Origin: an uncultured Bacteroidaceae bacterium
Lineage (GTDB): Bacteria; Bacillota; Clostridia; Christensenellales; CAG-917
Direction of reading: 5' to 3'
DNA: 64,000 nt
Assembly: GCA_964563025.1 (NCBI GenBank)
Contig: CAZLVK010000003.1
Location: 84,061 to 148,060, forward strand
Numbering within the stretch: position 1 is the stretch's first letter; every line of letters starts with the position of its first letter. The position numbers and the translations under genes were made by a program. The notes below the pieces were generated by a model, which made no database searches, was not told where the DNA came from, and saw only the letters and a program-made list of their open reading frames with translations. Shown one piece after another: positions 1 to 8,172 of this stretch.

Positions 1-129
1 CAGAGGAGTGCATTAGCACGACGTAGGAATCTCGCGGAAGCGAAACGACAGTTTAAGTCGTTGCGGTACCTTTCCAGGAGATTCCCACGCTTCGCTCGGA
101 ATGACAATATGGGTGCGGGTGTCCCGCCC
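1..129. repeat. Composite hairpin repeat: module X (1-51, cut by window edge), module Y (69-111), GC hairpin (111-129)
   Basis: X and Y recur at 37418-37528. Y plus the GGGTGCGGGTGTCCCGCCC hairpin recurs inverted at 51595-51663, and Y recurs inverted at 39894-39937. Stems differ between copies by compensatory changes. Confidence 0.7.
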
Positions 130-221
130 TTAAAAGGGGACGCGGTCACGAAGTGACCCTTGGGGGCAACTCATGCATGGTTTTGATGCTTGCCGTCAAA
201 ACTTGCCCCGTCCCCAAGTAG

Positions 222-254
222 AAAAACGATGCGAGGTTTCCGCATCGTTTTTTT
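222..254 (-). terminator. Rho-independent terminator after the ATPase gene (bidirectional shape)
   Basis: Stem acgatgcg/cgcatcgt, 7-nt loop, A-run on one side and T-run on the other. It starts 10 nt past the stop codon at 264. Confidence 0.75.
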
Positions 255-263
255 GCAAGCAAT

Positions 264-1493
264 CTAAAACTTCTCGTTGTTGCAGATGAACTCAGTCAAA
301 TTCATATGCTTGACTCCGCTACGCTTTTGCAACAAATAGTCCGTTGTTATCAAATACTTCGGATAATTGTCTCTGATGGATTCAAGCGGACGATATTCGC
401 GTTCCTCGGTTTCATTGCTTTGCGCTATCGTATACGCAACTTGAATATAGGCATATTGCATATCCGCCCCGCGAACGATAAAGTCACACTCGAATTTTCC
501 AAATCTCCCGACACTGACGTAATAATCCAATGATTTCGCATATGTGTATACTATGTTCTCAAGCACAGGACCATAGTTGATTTTGTTGTCGGTGTTCTCG
601 GCAAAGTAGAAACTCAAATCCGCAAGATAATACTTCTTCTCCCCCGACAGCGACCGCTTCGATTTCATATCGAATCGAGGACATTCGTACAAAATCTTTG
701 CGTCTATCAATGACTTTACGTATCGTGCAACGGTGGCTTTGCTAATCACTACTCCATTCTTATGCAAAGCGTCGCATATGCTGTTGAGGCTCGTTGTTGC
801 GCCAAAGTTGTTTATCACGTATCTCCTAATGACCTCAAACGTATCTTTGTTCTTGATTTTCAGGCGTTTGCGTATGTCCTTTTCAAAAATTTCGGAGACG
901 ACGCCTTGTACGTAACGCCTTTTGTCCGCCATATCATCAAACTGTATTGCGCGAGGAAACCCACCCTCGAGGATATAGTTCGTCAACTCAATCGCCGTAT
1001 TGGGATTGATTTCTTTTCCATAAAAACGCTTCATTCCCTCATATTCTTCAAAACTCAACGGAAAAATTTCAAATTCAATGTATCGTCCCGTCAGTTTGGT
1101 GACCAATTCCCCACTCAAAAGATACGAGTTCGAGCCCGTAATGAATATCGACCAATCTCCGTCCGTTCTAAATCCGTTTACGACTTCTTCAAAACCGCTG
1201 ACGTTCTGGACTTCGTCAATGAATAAATACTTCTTTTCTTGCGTCGCAGACTTCGACATAATCAATTCTTCCAGTTGAGACGCCGTTTTTACGTTCCTAT
1301 ATTCGCGTTTGTCAAGGTCGAGATATATAATATTCTCTTCAGACACTCCCGATGCCTTCAACTCATCGGCTATCATCTGCATCAGGCTCGATTTCCCGGA
1401 ACGCCGAACTCCCGTTATAACCTTAATAATATCGTCCGCATGGTAGAAACCACGAATTTTCGTCAAATAATTTTCTCTAACATATAAACTCAT
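264..1493 (-). CDS. AAA+ ATPase with C-terminal DUF4143-like region (COG1373 type)
   Basis: Walker A GVRRSGKSS and Walker B LFIDEVQ, with the overall layout of AAA_14+DUF4143 proteins. Start moved to ATG 1493 (MSLYVREN), which has an AAGGAG RBS 8 nt upstream. Confidence 0.8.
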   Translation of the reverse strand: MSLYVRENYLTKIRGFYHADDIIKVITGVRRSGKSSLMQMIADELKASGVSEENIIYLDLDKREYRNVKTASQLEELIMSKSATQEKKYLFIDEVQNVSGFEEVVNGFRTDGDWSIFITGSNSYLLSGELVTKLTGRYIEFEIFPLSFEEYEGMKRFYGKEINPNTAIELTNYILEGGFPRAIQFDDMADKRRYVQGVVSEIFEKDIRKRLKIKNKDTFEVIRRYVINNFGATTSLNSICDALHKNGVVISKATVARYVKSLIDAKILYECPRFDMKSKRSLSGEKKYYLADLSFYFAENTDNKINYGPVLENIVYTYAKSLDYYVSVGRFGKFECDFIVRGADMQYAYIQVAYTIAQSNETEEREYRPLESIRDNYPKYLITTDYLLQKRSGVKHMNLTEFICNNEKF

Positions 1494-1542
1494 ACGAAAG
1501 TCTCCTTTGATAATAAAATAGCAAAACAACCTCGAAATGTCA

Positions 1543-1591
1543 AGTTATCGTTACCGATTTTGTCATTTTTGCAAAATCGGTAACGATAACT
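1543..1591. repeat. Perfect 20-bp inverted repeat with 9-nt loop
   Basis: agttatcgttaccgattttg / caaaatcggtaacgataact, read directly. It lies 50 nt upstream of the ATPase start codon. Confidence 0.9.
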
Positions 1592-1610
1592 GCCATTTTA
1601 GGCGCCACTA

Positions 1611-1702
1611 AACTTGCCGTTAGGCAAATATAACTTCGGCAAAGCCGAAATATCACTGCCGTAGGCAATATCACTTTTTGCCAACGGCAAAAAATATCAC
1701 TC
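1611..1702 (+). repeat. AATAT[A/C]AC-core hairpin array (locus 1)
   Basis: Core aatataact/aatatcact alternates with short perfect hairpins: TGCC-gtta-GGCA, TCGGC-aaa-GCCGA, GCC-gta-GGC, TTTTGCC-aac-GGCAAAA. Confidence 0.8.
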
Positions 1703-1704
1703 TC

Positions 1705-1734
1705 AAAAAAAACGATGCGAGGTTTTCGCATCGT
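1705..1734 (-). terminator. Rho-independent terminator ending the MoxR-vWA operon
   Basis: The stem acgatgcg/cgcatcgt is identical to the 222-254 terminator and the loop differs by 1 nt. On the minus strand it is followed by a run of 7-8 T. Confidence 0.85.
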
Positions 1735-1742
1735 TTTGTGAG

Positions 1743-3950
1743 TTATTCATCTTCGGATTCGGCGACGTACATTATCGCACGCTCTTTTCCGCTTCCGAAG
1801 CCCGTAGGACTTGCAAGCACAAGTTTGTACGCTTCGTTCATTTCTATCGCCATACCGAGGCTCGCGCCGTCTACGTGGGTGGACACTATCGCTTTATATT
1901 CCTCGTTATAGGTCACTTTCAGCACTTCGTAGGAATCGTTCTTCCAAACGGTCGCCAATATCTCTCCGTCCTTTTCCTCGAACTCCACCCTTGCGGTGAA
2001 CTTCTTCATCGTTGCGGTGTACTCCCCTGTCATGAGTTCGGTCACCGACGGCGCCGAATTGACGGTTATCGTGACCGTTGCAACAACCGTTTTCATAAGC
2101 ACGGAGCGCATTTCGACAACGTATACGCCCGCCGTATCCGCCACAAAGCGCACGCTGTCGCTGTCCGCAATGGGCGCAACAGAAGCCGTCGCACCTTCGG
2201 GAGAACTCGTTATCTTGGCAATGTACGTTGCGTCGACGTAATCCTTTTTGTCATCGCTGACTCCCGCTCTCATCGTCAAGGATTGCCCTTCGTACACTTC
2301 CGCCGTCATCGTTTTTTTCGACGACTTCTTCCACGAGTAACCGACGTCCGAATATTCGTACACTTCGGGATAAAGCACGCTGGGCGAGGAATACTCTGCA
2401 TAAAGCGTAATCGTCTTCTCGCATCCGCTCTCGGTCAAGAACAGCAAACGAATATAGCCCGCGACTTTTGACCTTATGAAATACGAACTGTCTGTCCACA
2501 CCGGGTTGCTCGTCGTACCCGAGGACGTCAGCAAATACTTCCTACCGTCGTCCATAAGACGATAAACGCTCACCGGATCGTAGACGAAATCTCCCGTGGC
2601 GGAATCTACGTCTTTGAGACTCAACTGTATGCCGTAATTTCCGCCTCCAGTCGGGAAGGAAACCGTGTTTTCGTCCTTCTCGTCGGTGACGGGATAATAT
2701 TCTTTGTCGTTTGTGTTGTAGTAATATACCGTGAAGTCCGAAACCTTGAACGCAGACTCGGTGTATTCGTGCTCGGGCTCGTCGGGATAGTCCGCAATAA
2801 GTTCCTGCTTATACTCGACGACTTCGTTGTAGGTGGGATTCCCCGTCGCATTAGCCGTCGTTTCGTTCGTGTTGGGATTGAAAGACACCTCGAATTCGTC
2901 GTAGGAGTCCGTCGTCATTATGATGTATTTGATTGCGCCGCTGTCCGTCAGCATAAACCTGCAATTTATCTTGGCATAATATTGAGGTACGCTGTAATAG
3001 CCGAAACTGAACCAGTAGACCGTTTCGCCGTTCGGATTGATGATTTTTCCGCTCGTATCTTCCACTTCGGAGGTGGATTTGCCTTCCTTGAAGTCGTAGT
3101 TGGTGTTCTTCTTGCCCCAAATATAGGCGTTGTAGAGCAAACCCTCCGCACCGTAGAAGTCTTTGTCTATGCGGGATACCCTATAATGGAAACCGTTGAG
3201 GTCATACGTCGTTACTGCATACTTGATGATCTCCGTCCCGCTCGAATAAGAATATCTCGACACGCCGTACACCTCTCCGTCGTCGGTCAGAGATACCCAT
3301 ATGTCTTGCATCTCTCCCGCATTGTAGGAGTGCATATAGTCAACGCCGTATTCGTAATTGAAGGACGCATAGTTGTGTTCTCCGGGACTGTTCCAGCCGA
3401 TGTCGTAGACTCCGCTACCCTTTCTTATCAAGTCCTTGTTGGACGAGCCGAGCAATACCGCATCCTCGACGGATTCGGGATCGAATTCCTTCTTGGGAAT
3501 CGCTACCGTGAAAGATACGTTGCCGTATTCGCTCGCAATGACCGCCGACAACTGACCTTCGCTGACAACGGTCGGCTCTTTGTAAATTTCGTATTCCTCG
3601 TAGCCCGCGCCGTTTTGAGTCAATTTGGGCAGAGTTATCGTCTGCTTATGCTCCGCGTTTTCACGGCATACTCTCGTAAGTTCGCCTTTGCCGTCGCGGT
3701 AGAAGGACGGAGCGACGGTGACTTCCCATTCTCCCCATACGTGATTGTCCTGAACGGTTGCGATAGGTCTCTCGACGACCTCTCCGCAATCCACGCACGA
3801 GCCTCTCTCGACGCCCTCCGTGGTGCACGTAGGCTCTTGCACCGTCTTCCATCTCAATATTTCGTGCTCTTCGTTACACGCCGTCAGCAACGTCGCCAAA
3901 AGGAGTACGAGAACTGCCACGCTTATTATCAATAATCTGTTTCTTTTCAT
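1743..3950 (-). CDS. Large secreted lipoprotein, unknown family (735 aa)
   Basis: RBS aggaggagga before ATG 3950. Signal peptide plus lipobox LLTAC. Cys/His-rich N-terminal module (CTTEG..C..CG...H.W). Last gene of the operon. Confidence 0.75.
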   Translation of the reverse strand: MKRNRLLIISVAVLVLLLATLLTACNEEHEILRWKTVQEPTCTTEGVERGSCVDCGEVVERPIATVQDNHVWGEWEVTVAPSFYRDGKGELTRVCRENAEHKQTITLPKLTQNGAGYEEYEIYKEPTVVSEGQLSAVIASEYGNVSFTVAIPKKEFDPESVEDAVLLGSSNKDLIRKGSGVYDIGWNSPGEHNYASFNYEYGVDYMHSYNAGEMQDIWVSLTDDGEVYGVSRYSYSSGTEIIKYAVTTYDLNGFHYRVSRIDKDFYGAEGLLYNAYIWGKKNTNYDFKEGKSTSEVEDTSGKIINPNGETVYWFSFGYYSVPQYYAKINCRFMLTDSGAIKYIIMTTDSYDEFEVSFNPNTNETTANATGNPTYNEVVEYKQELIADYPDEPEHEYTESAFKVSDFTVYYYNTNDKEYYPVTDEKDENTVSFPTGGGNYGIQLSLKDVDSATGDFVYDPVSVYRLMDDGRKYLLTSSGTTSNPVWTDSSYFIRSKVAGYIRLLFLTESGCEKTITLYAEYSSPSVLYPEVYEYSDVGYSWKKSSKKTMTAEVYEGQSLTMRAGVSDDKKDYVDATYIAKITSSPEGATASVAPIADSDSVRFVADTAGVYVVEMRSVLMKTVVATVTITVNSAPSVTELMTGEYTATMKKFTARVEFEEKDGEILATVWKNDSYEVLKVTYNEEYKAIVSTHVDGASLGMAIEMNEAYKLVLASPTGFGSGKERAIMYVAESEDE

Positions 3951-3962
3951 TCTCCTCCTCCT

Positions 3963-5456
3963 TTATTTGAACACTAAGCATGCGAACAGCCATTGGTTTT
4001 TCTCGGACGACATAAATATTAAATTGCCGTCCATGTCGTATTCCGCTATGCCTTGGCCGTCTTTGAAAAGCATGCTCGAAGTGCTATACCGTTGCAGGAA
4101 AAGTTTCAATTCGGCTGTCACGGGATAGTAGCCGTCTTCTGCATAACTTGCATATTTCTCTATGAAAGATACATAGTTATAATATTTTACGTTGCCTTCG
4201 TCGTCCGTGCCTTTGATTGTTCTCGGCTTGTTCAGCGGGTGCATAAATCCGCCCGAACCGACGGGAGACGCAGATTCGTTTTCACTCGTGTCGATGACGA
4301 GATTATCCCTTGAAATCGTTGCGTAAAGCATCTTTCTCACGCCGTTTTCCATCACGTAATAGTAGTCGAGGTCGGCGTCGTAGAGGATATTGCTGTCATC
4401 GAGTAGTCCGCTATAACTGCCGTAATAGCCATAGTACGTGTAAGGCTTGTCCTTCTCCGATGCAGACTCGGACGGATCATATTTCGCGTAAGCGGCGTTT
4501 AGGTCGTTGAACGCTATGCTCGCAAGTGCGTCGAAATCGTGCGTCGATTCGACTTCTTCGGTCTCAACCGAACTGCTTCCGCCCGAAAACTCTCCGTCTC
4601 GTTCGAGGAGGAAGTCGACGTATATCGGGAACACGTTCTTATCGAGCGTGGTCGCATATATGTGGAAACAATATCGGTTGCCTATTTTCTCGCCTGCGAT
4701 TTGCGCTTCCCAACGGAAGTTCTTCGTGTAAGTGTTCTCCTCACCGCCGCCTCTGACTTCTTCGTCGGGGTCATCGTAATTCACGTATCCGCCTGCATTC
4801 GCGGCGTGCTGGTCGAGCAACGGATTGAGTTTGTTCGCGGTGACGTCAATCATCGATTCGAGAGAATAGTTGCCCGCATACGTAGGTATGAAAGAGAACC
4901 ACAAACCGTTTTCATAATTATCTTTGGTGAGGACCGCTCTGTACGCACCCGTGGTCGAAATCTTGAAACTGTCGATTCCTGTCAAACCCGTCGCGGTGGG
5001 ATTGTTCACCTCGCACAACTTGAAGAGTTTGATTTCAACGTTCTTGTCCTTCGACTCGGAGTTCACGTAGTAAATATTGGGATTATAGGTGTAGCCCTCG
5101 GGAATTTTGGACAACGTGACCCTATAGTCGCCGTCGAGTCCCGTAACCGTTGCCACACCGTTTTTGTCGAAATTTGCCGAATAATAAGCGCCGTTTCCGC
5201 TCTCGACGTCCGTCCAAATCGCCTTCACGTCTACGAGATACGCCTTGGGCAGAGTTACGCTGAGAGTGACGGTATATGCGTCGTCGGGCGAACCGCTGCC
5301 GCTCGAACCTTGGTCTACGCCGGTATTCCCGGCATTACCGCTCCCCGTTACGTCGTCGGTGGCGGGATTATAATTGCACGCAACCATAAGTACGGTAAGG
5401 ACGAAAATAATCACCGCAACCAAAATCTTTTTCAATTTTCCGTCTGCAATTCTCAT
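3963..5456 (-). CDS. Secreted lipoprotein, unknown family (497 aa)
   Basis: The ORF track starts at 5567, but that overlaps the upstream gene. ATG 5456 (MRIADGKLKK) has a GGAAGGAAG RBS and gives a signal peptide plus lipobox LMVAC. Confidence 0.75.
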   Translation of the reverse strand: MRIADGKLKKILVAVIIFVLTVLMVACNYNPATDDVTGSGNAGNTGVDQGSSGSGSPDDAYTVTLSVTLPKAYLVDVKAIWTDVESGNGAYYSANFDKNGVATVTGLDGDYRVTLSKIPEGYTYNPNIYYVNSESKDKNVEIKLFKLCEVNNPTATGLTGIDSFKISTTGAYRAVLTKDNYENGLWFSFIPTYAGNYSLESMIDVTANKLNPLLDQHAANAGGYVNYDDPDEEVRGGGEENTYTKNFRWEAQIAGEKIGNRYCFHIYATTLDKNVFPIYVDFLLERDGEFSGGSSSVETEEVESTHDFDALASIAFNDLNAAYAKYDPSESASEKDKPYTYYGYYGSYSGLLDDSNILYDADLDYYYVMENGVRKMLYATISRDNLVIDTSENESASPVGSGGFMHPLNKPRTIKGTDDEGNVKYYNYVSFIEKYASYAEDGYYPVTAELKLFLQRYSTSSMLFKDGQGIAEYDMDGNLIFMSSEKNQWLFACLVFK

Positions 5457-5457
5457 A

Positions 5458-8172
5458 TTACTTCCTTCCTTTGCCGAAGAGGCTTCGTATGTCTTCCCAC
5501 TTAATCTTGCGCACGATGACGTCCGCGACGAACAGCACCACCGCGATGATGAGAAGAACAAGTGCAAGATTGACCACGTAACTCGAAATCATACTCTCGT
5601 CGTTTTCAATCTTGATGAGATCGTCCTCGTTCATTACCGTGCCCTCGGAGCCTATCATCTTGTGAAGTACCGCTTCGTCGTAAACGGCGAAACTGTCGTA
5701 TTCGGGCAGATATGACACGTAGTAGGTATAGTTTGCGGAGTACGATTCTCTCCCCGGCGCGACGTAGTCGATGACGACTTCGTATTTGCCGAGGTTATAG
5801 GTCGCGAAACTATACTTGTAGCAAGACGTCACAAAGGTCATATCGGTTTCTACGGTCACTCTCTCAGCATTTTCGGTTTCGCCGGGAGAGGTCAACTTAA
5901 TCCTGACGCTTGCGTCGCTCGACACTTTCGAGGGGGTCACGACAAGGTTGATATAGCCGTCCTCGTCGACGGTTTCGAGAGTGAACGGATAGTTTGCTTT
6001 TTCGGCGGGAATATTCGTCGAAAGAAGATTCTCGAGGAAAGGTTCTCTCAGTCGCGAATTATCCCATTCCTTAATATTCGACAGCGAAGTCGCAAGAGAC
6101 GCTACCCTACCGCTACCGTAATTCCAATAGCCGTAAAGCGGAAGCGTCGTCTCGGTGTTGCCGTTGTCGTAAAGAAGGGAAAGCACCGTCGTCGTGCCGG
6201 ATTTTGCTTTGTTGTATATAAATCCGGTGACGTAGTCGCTGGAGACGAATTCCACTCCCGTCAAAGCGGAGTCGGTGGAACGCGTAACCACTACGTTCGC
6301 GTTGTCGTTTATTACCACTTCGGTAAGGTCGTCGATGATGCCGTCGCCGAATACCGCGTCGTTAAGTCCCGCGAGCGTGTTCACGAAAGTGTATTTGCCC
6401 TCGCCCTTTGACGCAATCTCTTTAAGCAGGGCCTCTGCGTCCAATGCCGTTTGCGAGGTATCCGCTCCTCTGCCGACGTCGATAACGGACGTGGAAATAC
6501 GCTTTTTCTTCATGTTTTCCAAGATTTCGATAATCTTAGTTTCTTCGCTCGTTCCGTCTCCTCCGACGTTTTCTACAGTCATACCGTCGCTTATCAGCAT
6601 AACTTGTTTCTCGTTTTGAGGCATTTTTACAATTCTGTTGTACGCCTCTTTCAAGCCCATACTGATTACCGTACCGTGTTCGAGTCCGATATTGTCTATG
6701 GCGTTGAGTGCTTCTTGACGGGAGGAATTTTGTTGTCCCTCCTTCTTCTCGTCGGATATTTCTTTGGCGGAGAATACGATGCGGAAGTCTCCGTTGAAAG
6801 AAACGATGCACAAATTATCTCCTACGCTGAGTTTGGAAACGAGTTGCTTGCTTACCGCCTTTGCAATATCGAATTTTGAAGTGTCGAGCATACTCAGCGA
6901 CGCGTCGACGACTATCGTATACAATTTGGAATCCTTGTCCGTATTGCCGTATCTGAAAGGCAACATACTTGCAAGCGCGTCGAGGTCTTCGTTGTCCTGC
7001 GTATAAACGTTGCCGTAGGTCACGAGACTCTTTCCGAATTTGGAAACGACGGTATTGAGATTGTCGAGCAATAGCGTGTAGTTGCTCACTTTTGTGAGAT
7101 CGACGTCGCTTAATACGATTTCATCGTAACCGCACAACTCCTCTATCGTCAACGGTACGTCGTCCGTAGGCGCGAACGCCGTTACGGTTGCTTTGCCCGA
7201 ATATCTCTCTTCGAGGTTGTACGTATCCTCTTCGCTTTCGGAAATCAAAAGTACATTCACGGAATCCGAAACCGTTTGAGAGAAGGTTGCGTTATTGTTG
7301 AATTGGTTTTCGTCTCCCTCTGCGTTGACGACGACTTCGTATTCAAACGAGCCTTTCACATCGGTTGCGAGGTCGAAAGATACCGTATTATTACCTTTTT
7401 CAAGATTGAGAACTTTATCCGCAATTTTCAAATTTCCTTTATACAAGGACACGGTAGCCTTCGTTTCAAAACTACTGCGAACGGTGACGATTGCCTCTTC
7501 GGATTTGCCGAAATAGGTGTTCCCTGTGGCTGAAACCGCCATCATCTGCACTTCTTTTGCATCCGCGGAAATATTATTGTCGATATAGACGGCGTCGACG
7601 AAAATATTTTCCGAGCGCAATTCGTCTACCGCTCTCTTGAGTGCGTTGGAATCCTTGACGTGCGTTTGCTTTCCGTCCGTCATAAGAACAATCCTCTTTA
7701 TGACTCCGTCTTTGAACAAACCGCTTGCGTAGTCGAGCGCACCCTCTATGTCCGTTTCACCGGTATCGAGCAAATCGGTATCCGCCGCCTTTACGCTCTT
7801 GACGGACTTGCCGAGAGGAACGAGAAGTTGCTGGTCCTTTGCAAAGCAAACTATACCGAGTTTGGAGTTTTTGGGAAGATTTGCTTCGAGTTCTTCGATA
7901 TAATTATCAATCGTGTCGAGGTTCTTTTCGGAGGAATAGGAAACGTCCGCGAGTACATATACGTCGGTTTCGGTAACCGTGGTTTCCACCGTCGTCCCCG
8001 CAAGCGCGAAAGCAAGGCACAGCCCCATGAGAACGTGCAAAACTCCCGACGCGATATTGTGCGCGTTGGCGTTGTCCTTTTTGACAGCCAAAAAGAACGG
8101 TACTGCGAGCAATACCGCGATGGGAATCGCGATTAACAACAGATAGGCGTTATCGAAGTTGATACTGCTCAT
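5458..8172 (-). CDS. Membrane protein with two vWA domains (BatB-like), 904 aa
   Basis: Two N-terminal TM helices and one C-terminal TM helix. Two MIDAS-type motif sets: DVSYS...TDIEGAL...MTDG and DASLS...GTVISMGL...ISDG. Overlaps the upstream gene by 23 nt. Confidence 0.8.
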   Translation of the reverse strand: MSSINFDNAYLLLIAIPIAVLLAVPFFLAVKKDNANAHNIASGVLHVLMGLCLAFALAGTTVETTVTETDVYVLADVSYSSEKNLDTIDNYIEELEANLPKNSKLGIVCFAKDQQLLVPLGKSVKSVKAADTDLLDTGETDIEGALDYASGLFKDGVIKRIVLMTDGKQTHVKDSNALKRAVDELRSENIFVDAVYIDNNISADAKEVQMMAVSATGNTYFGKSEEAIVTVRSSFETKATVSLYKGNLKIADKVLNLEKGNNTVSFDLATDVKGSFEYEVVVNAEGDENQFNNNATFSQTVSDSVNVLLISESEEDTYNLEERYSGKATVTAFAPTDDVPLTIEELCGYDEIVLSDVDLTKVSNYTLLLDNLNTVVSKFGKSLVTYGNVYTQDNEDLDALASMLPFRYGNTDKDSKLYTIVVDASLSMLDTSKFDIAKAVSKQLVSKLSVGDNLCIVSFNGDFRIVFSAKEISDEKKEGQQNSSRQEALNAIDNIGLEHGTVISMGLKEAYNRIVKMPQNEKQVMLISDGMTVENVGGDGTSEETKIIEILENMKKKRISTSVIDVGRGADTSQTALDAEALLKEIASKGEGKYTFVNTLAGLNDAVFGDGIIDDLTEVVINDNANVVVTRSTDSALTGVEFVSSDYVTGFIYNKAKSGTTTVLSLLYDNGNTETTLPLYGYWNYGSGRVASLATSLSNIKEWDNSRLREPFLENLLSTNIPAEKANYPFTLETVDEDGYINLVVTPSKVSSDASVRIKLTSPGETENAERVTVETDMTFVTSCYKYSFATYNLGKYEVVIDYVAPGRESYSANYTYYVSYLPEYDSFAVYDEAVLHKMIGSEGTVMNEDDLIKIENDESMISSYVVNLALVLLIIAVVLFVADVIVRKIKWEDIRSLFGKGRK

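Noticed and set aside
1611-1702. CRISPR-like appearance of the core-plus-variable-unit arrays (also at 39957-40030, 45454-45526, 51666-51756)
   Set aside because: The constant unit is only 8-9 nt, the variable units are 9-17-nt self-complementary hairpins rather than spacers, there are at most about 5 units, and no cas genes are present.
5457-5567. N-terminal extension of the 534-aa ORF (3963-5567)
   Set aside because: It overlaps the 3' end of the upstream vWA gene in another frame. ATG 5456 gives an RBS, a signal peptide and a lipobox.
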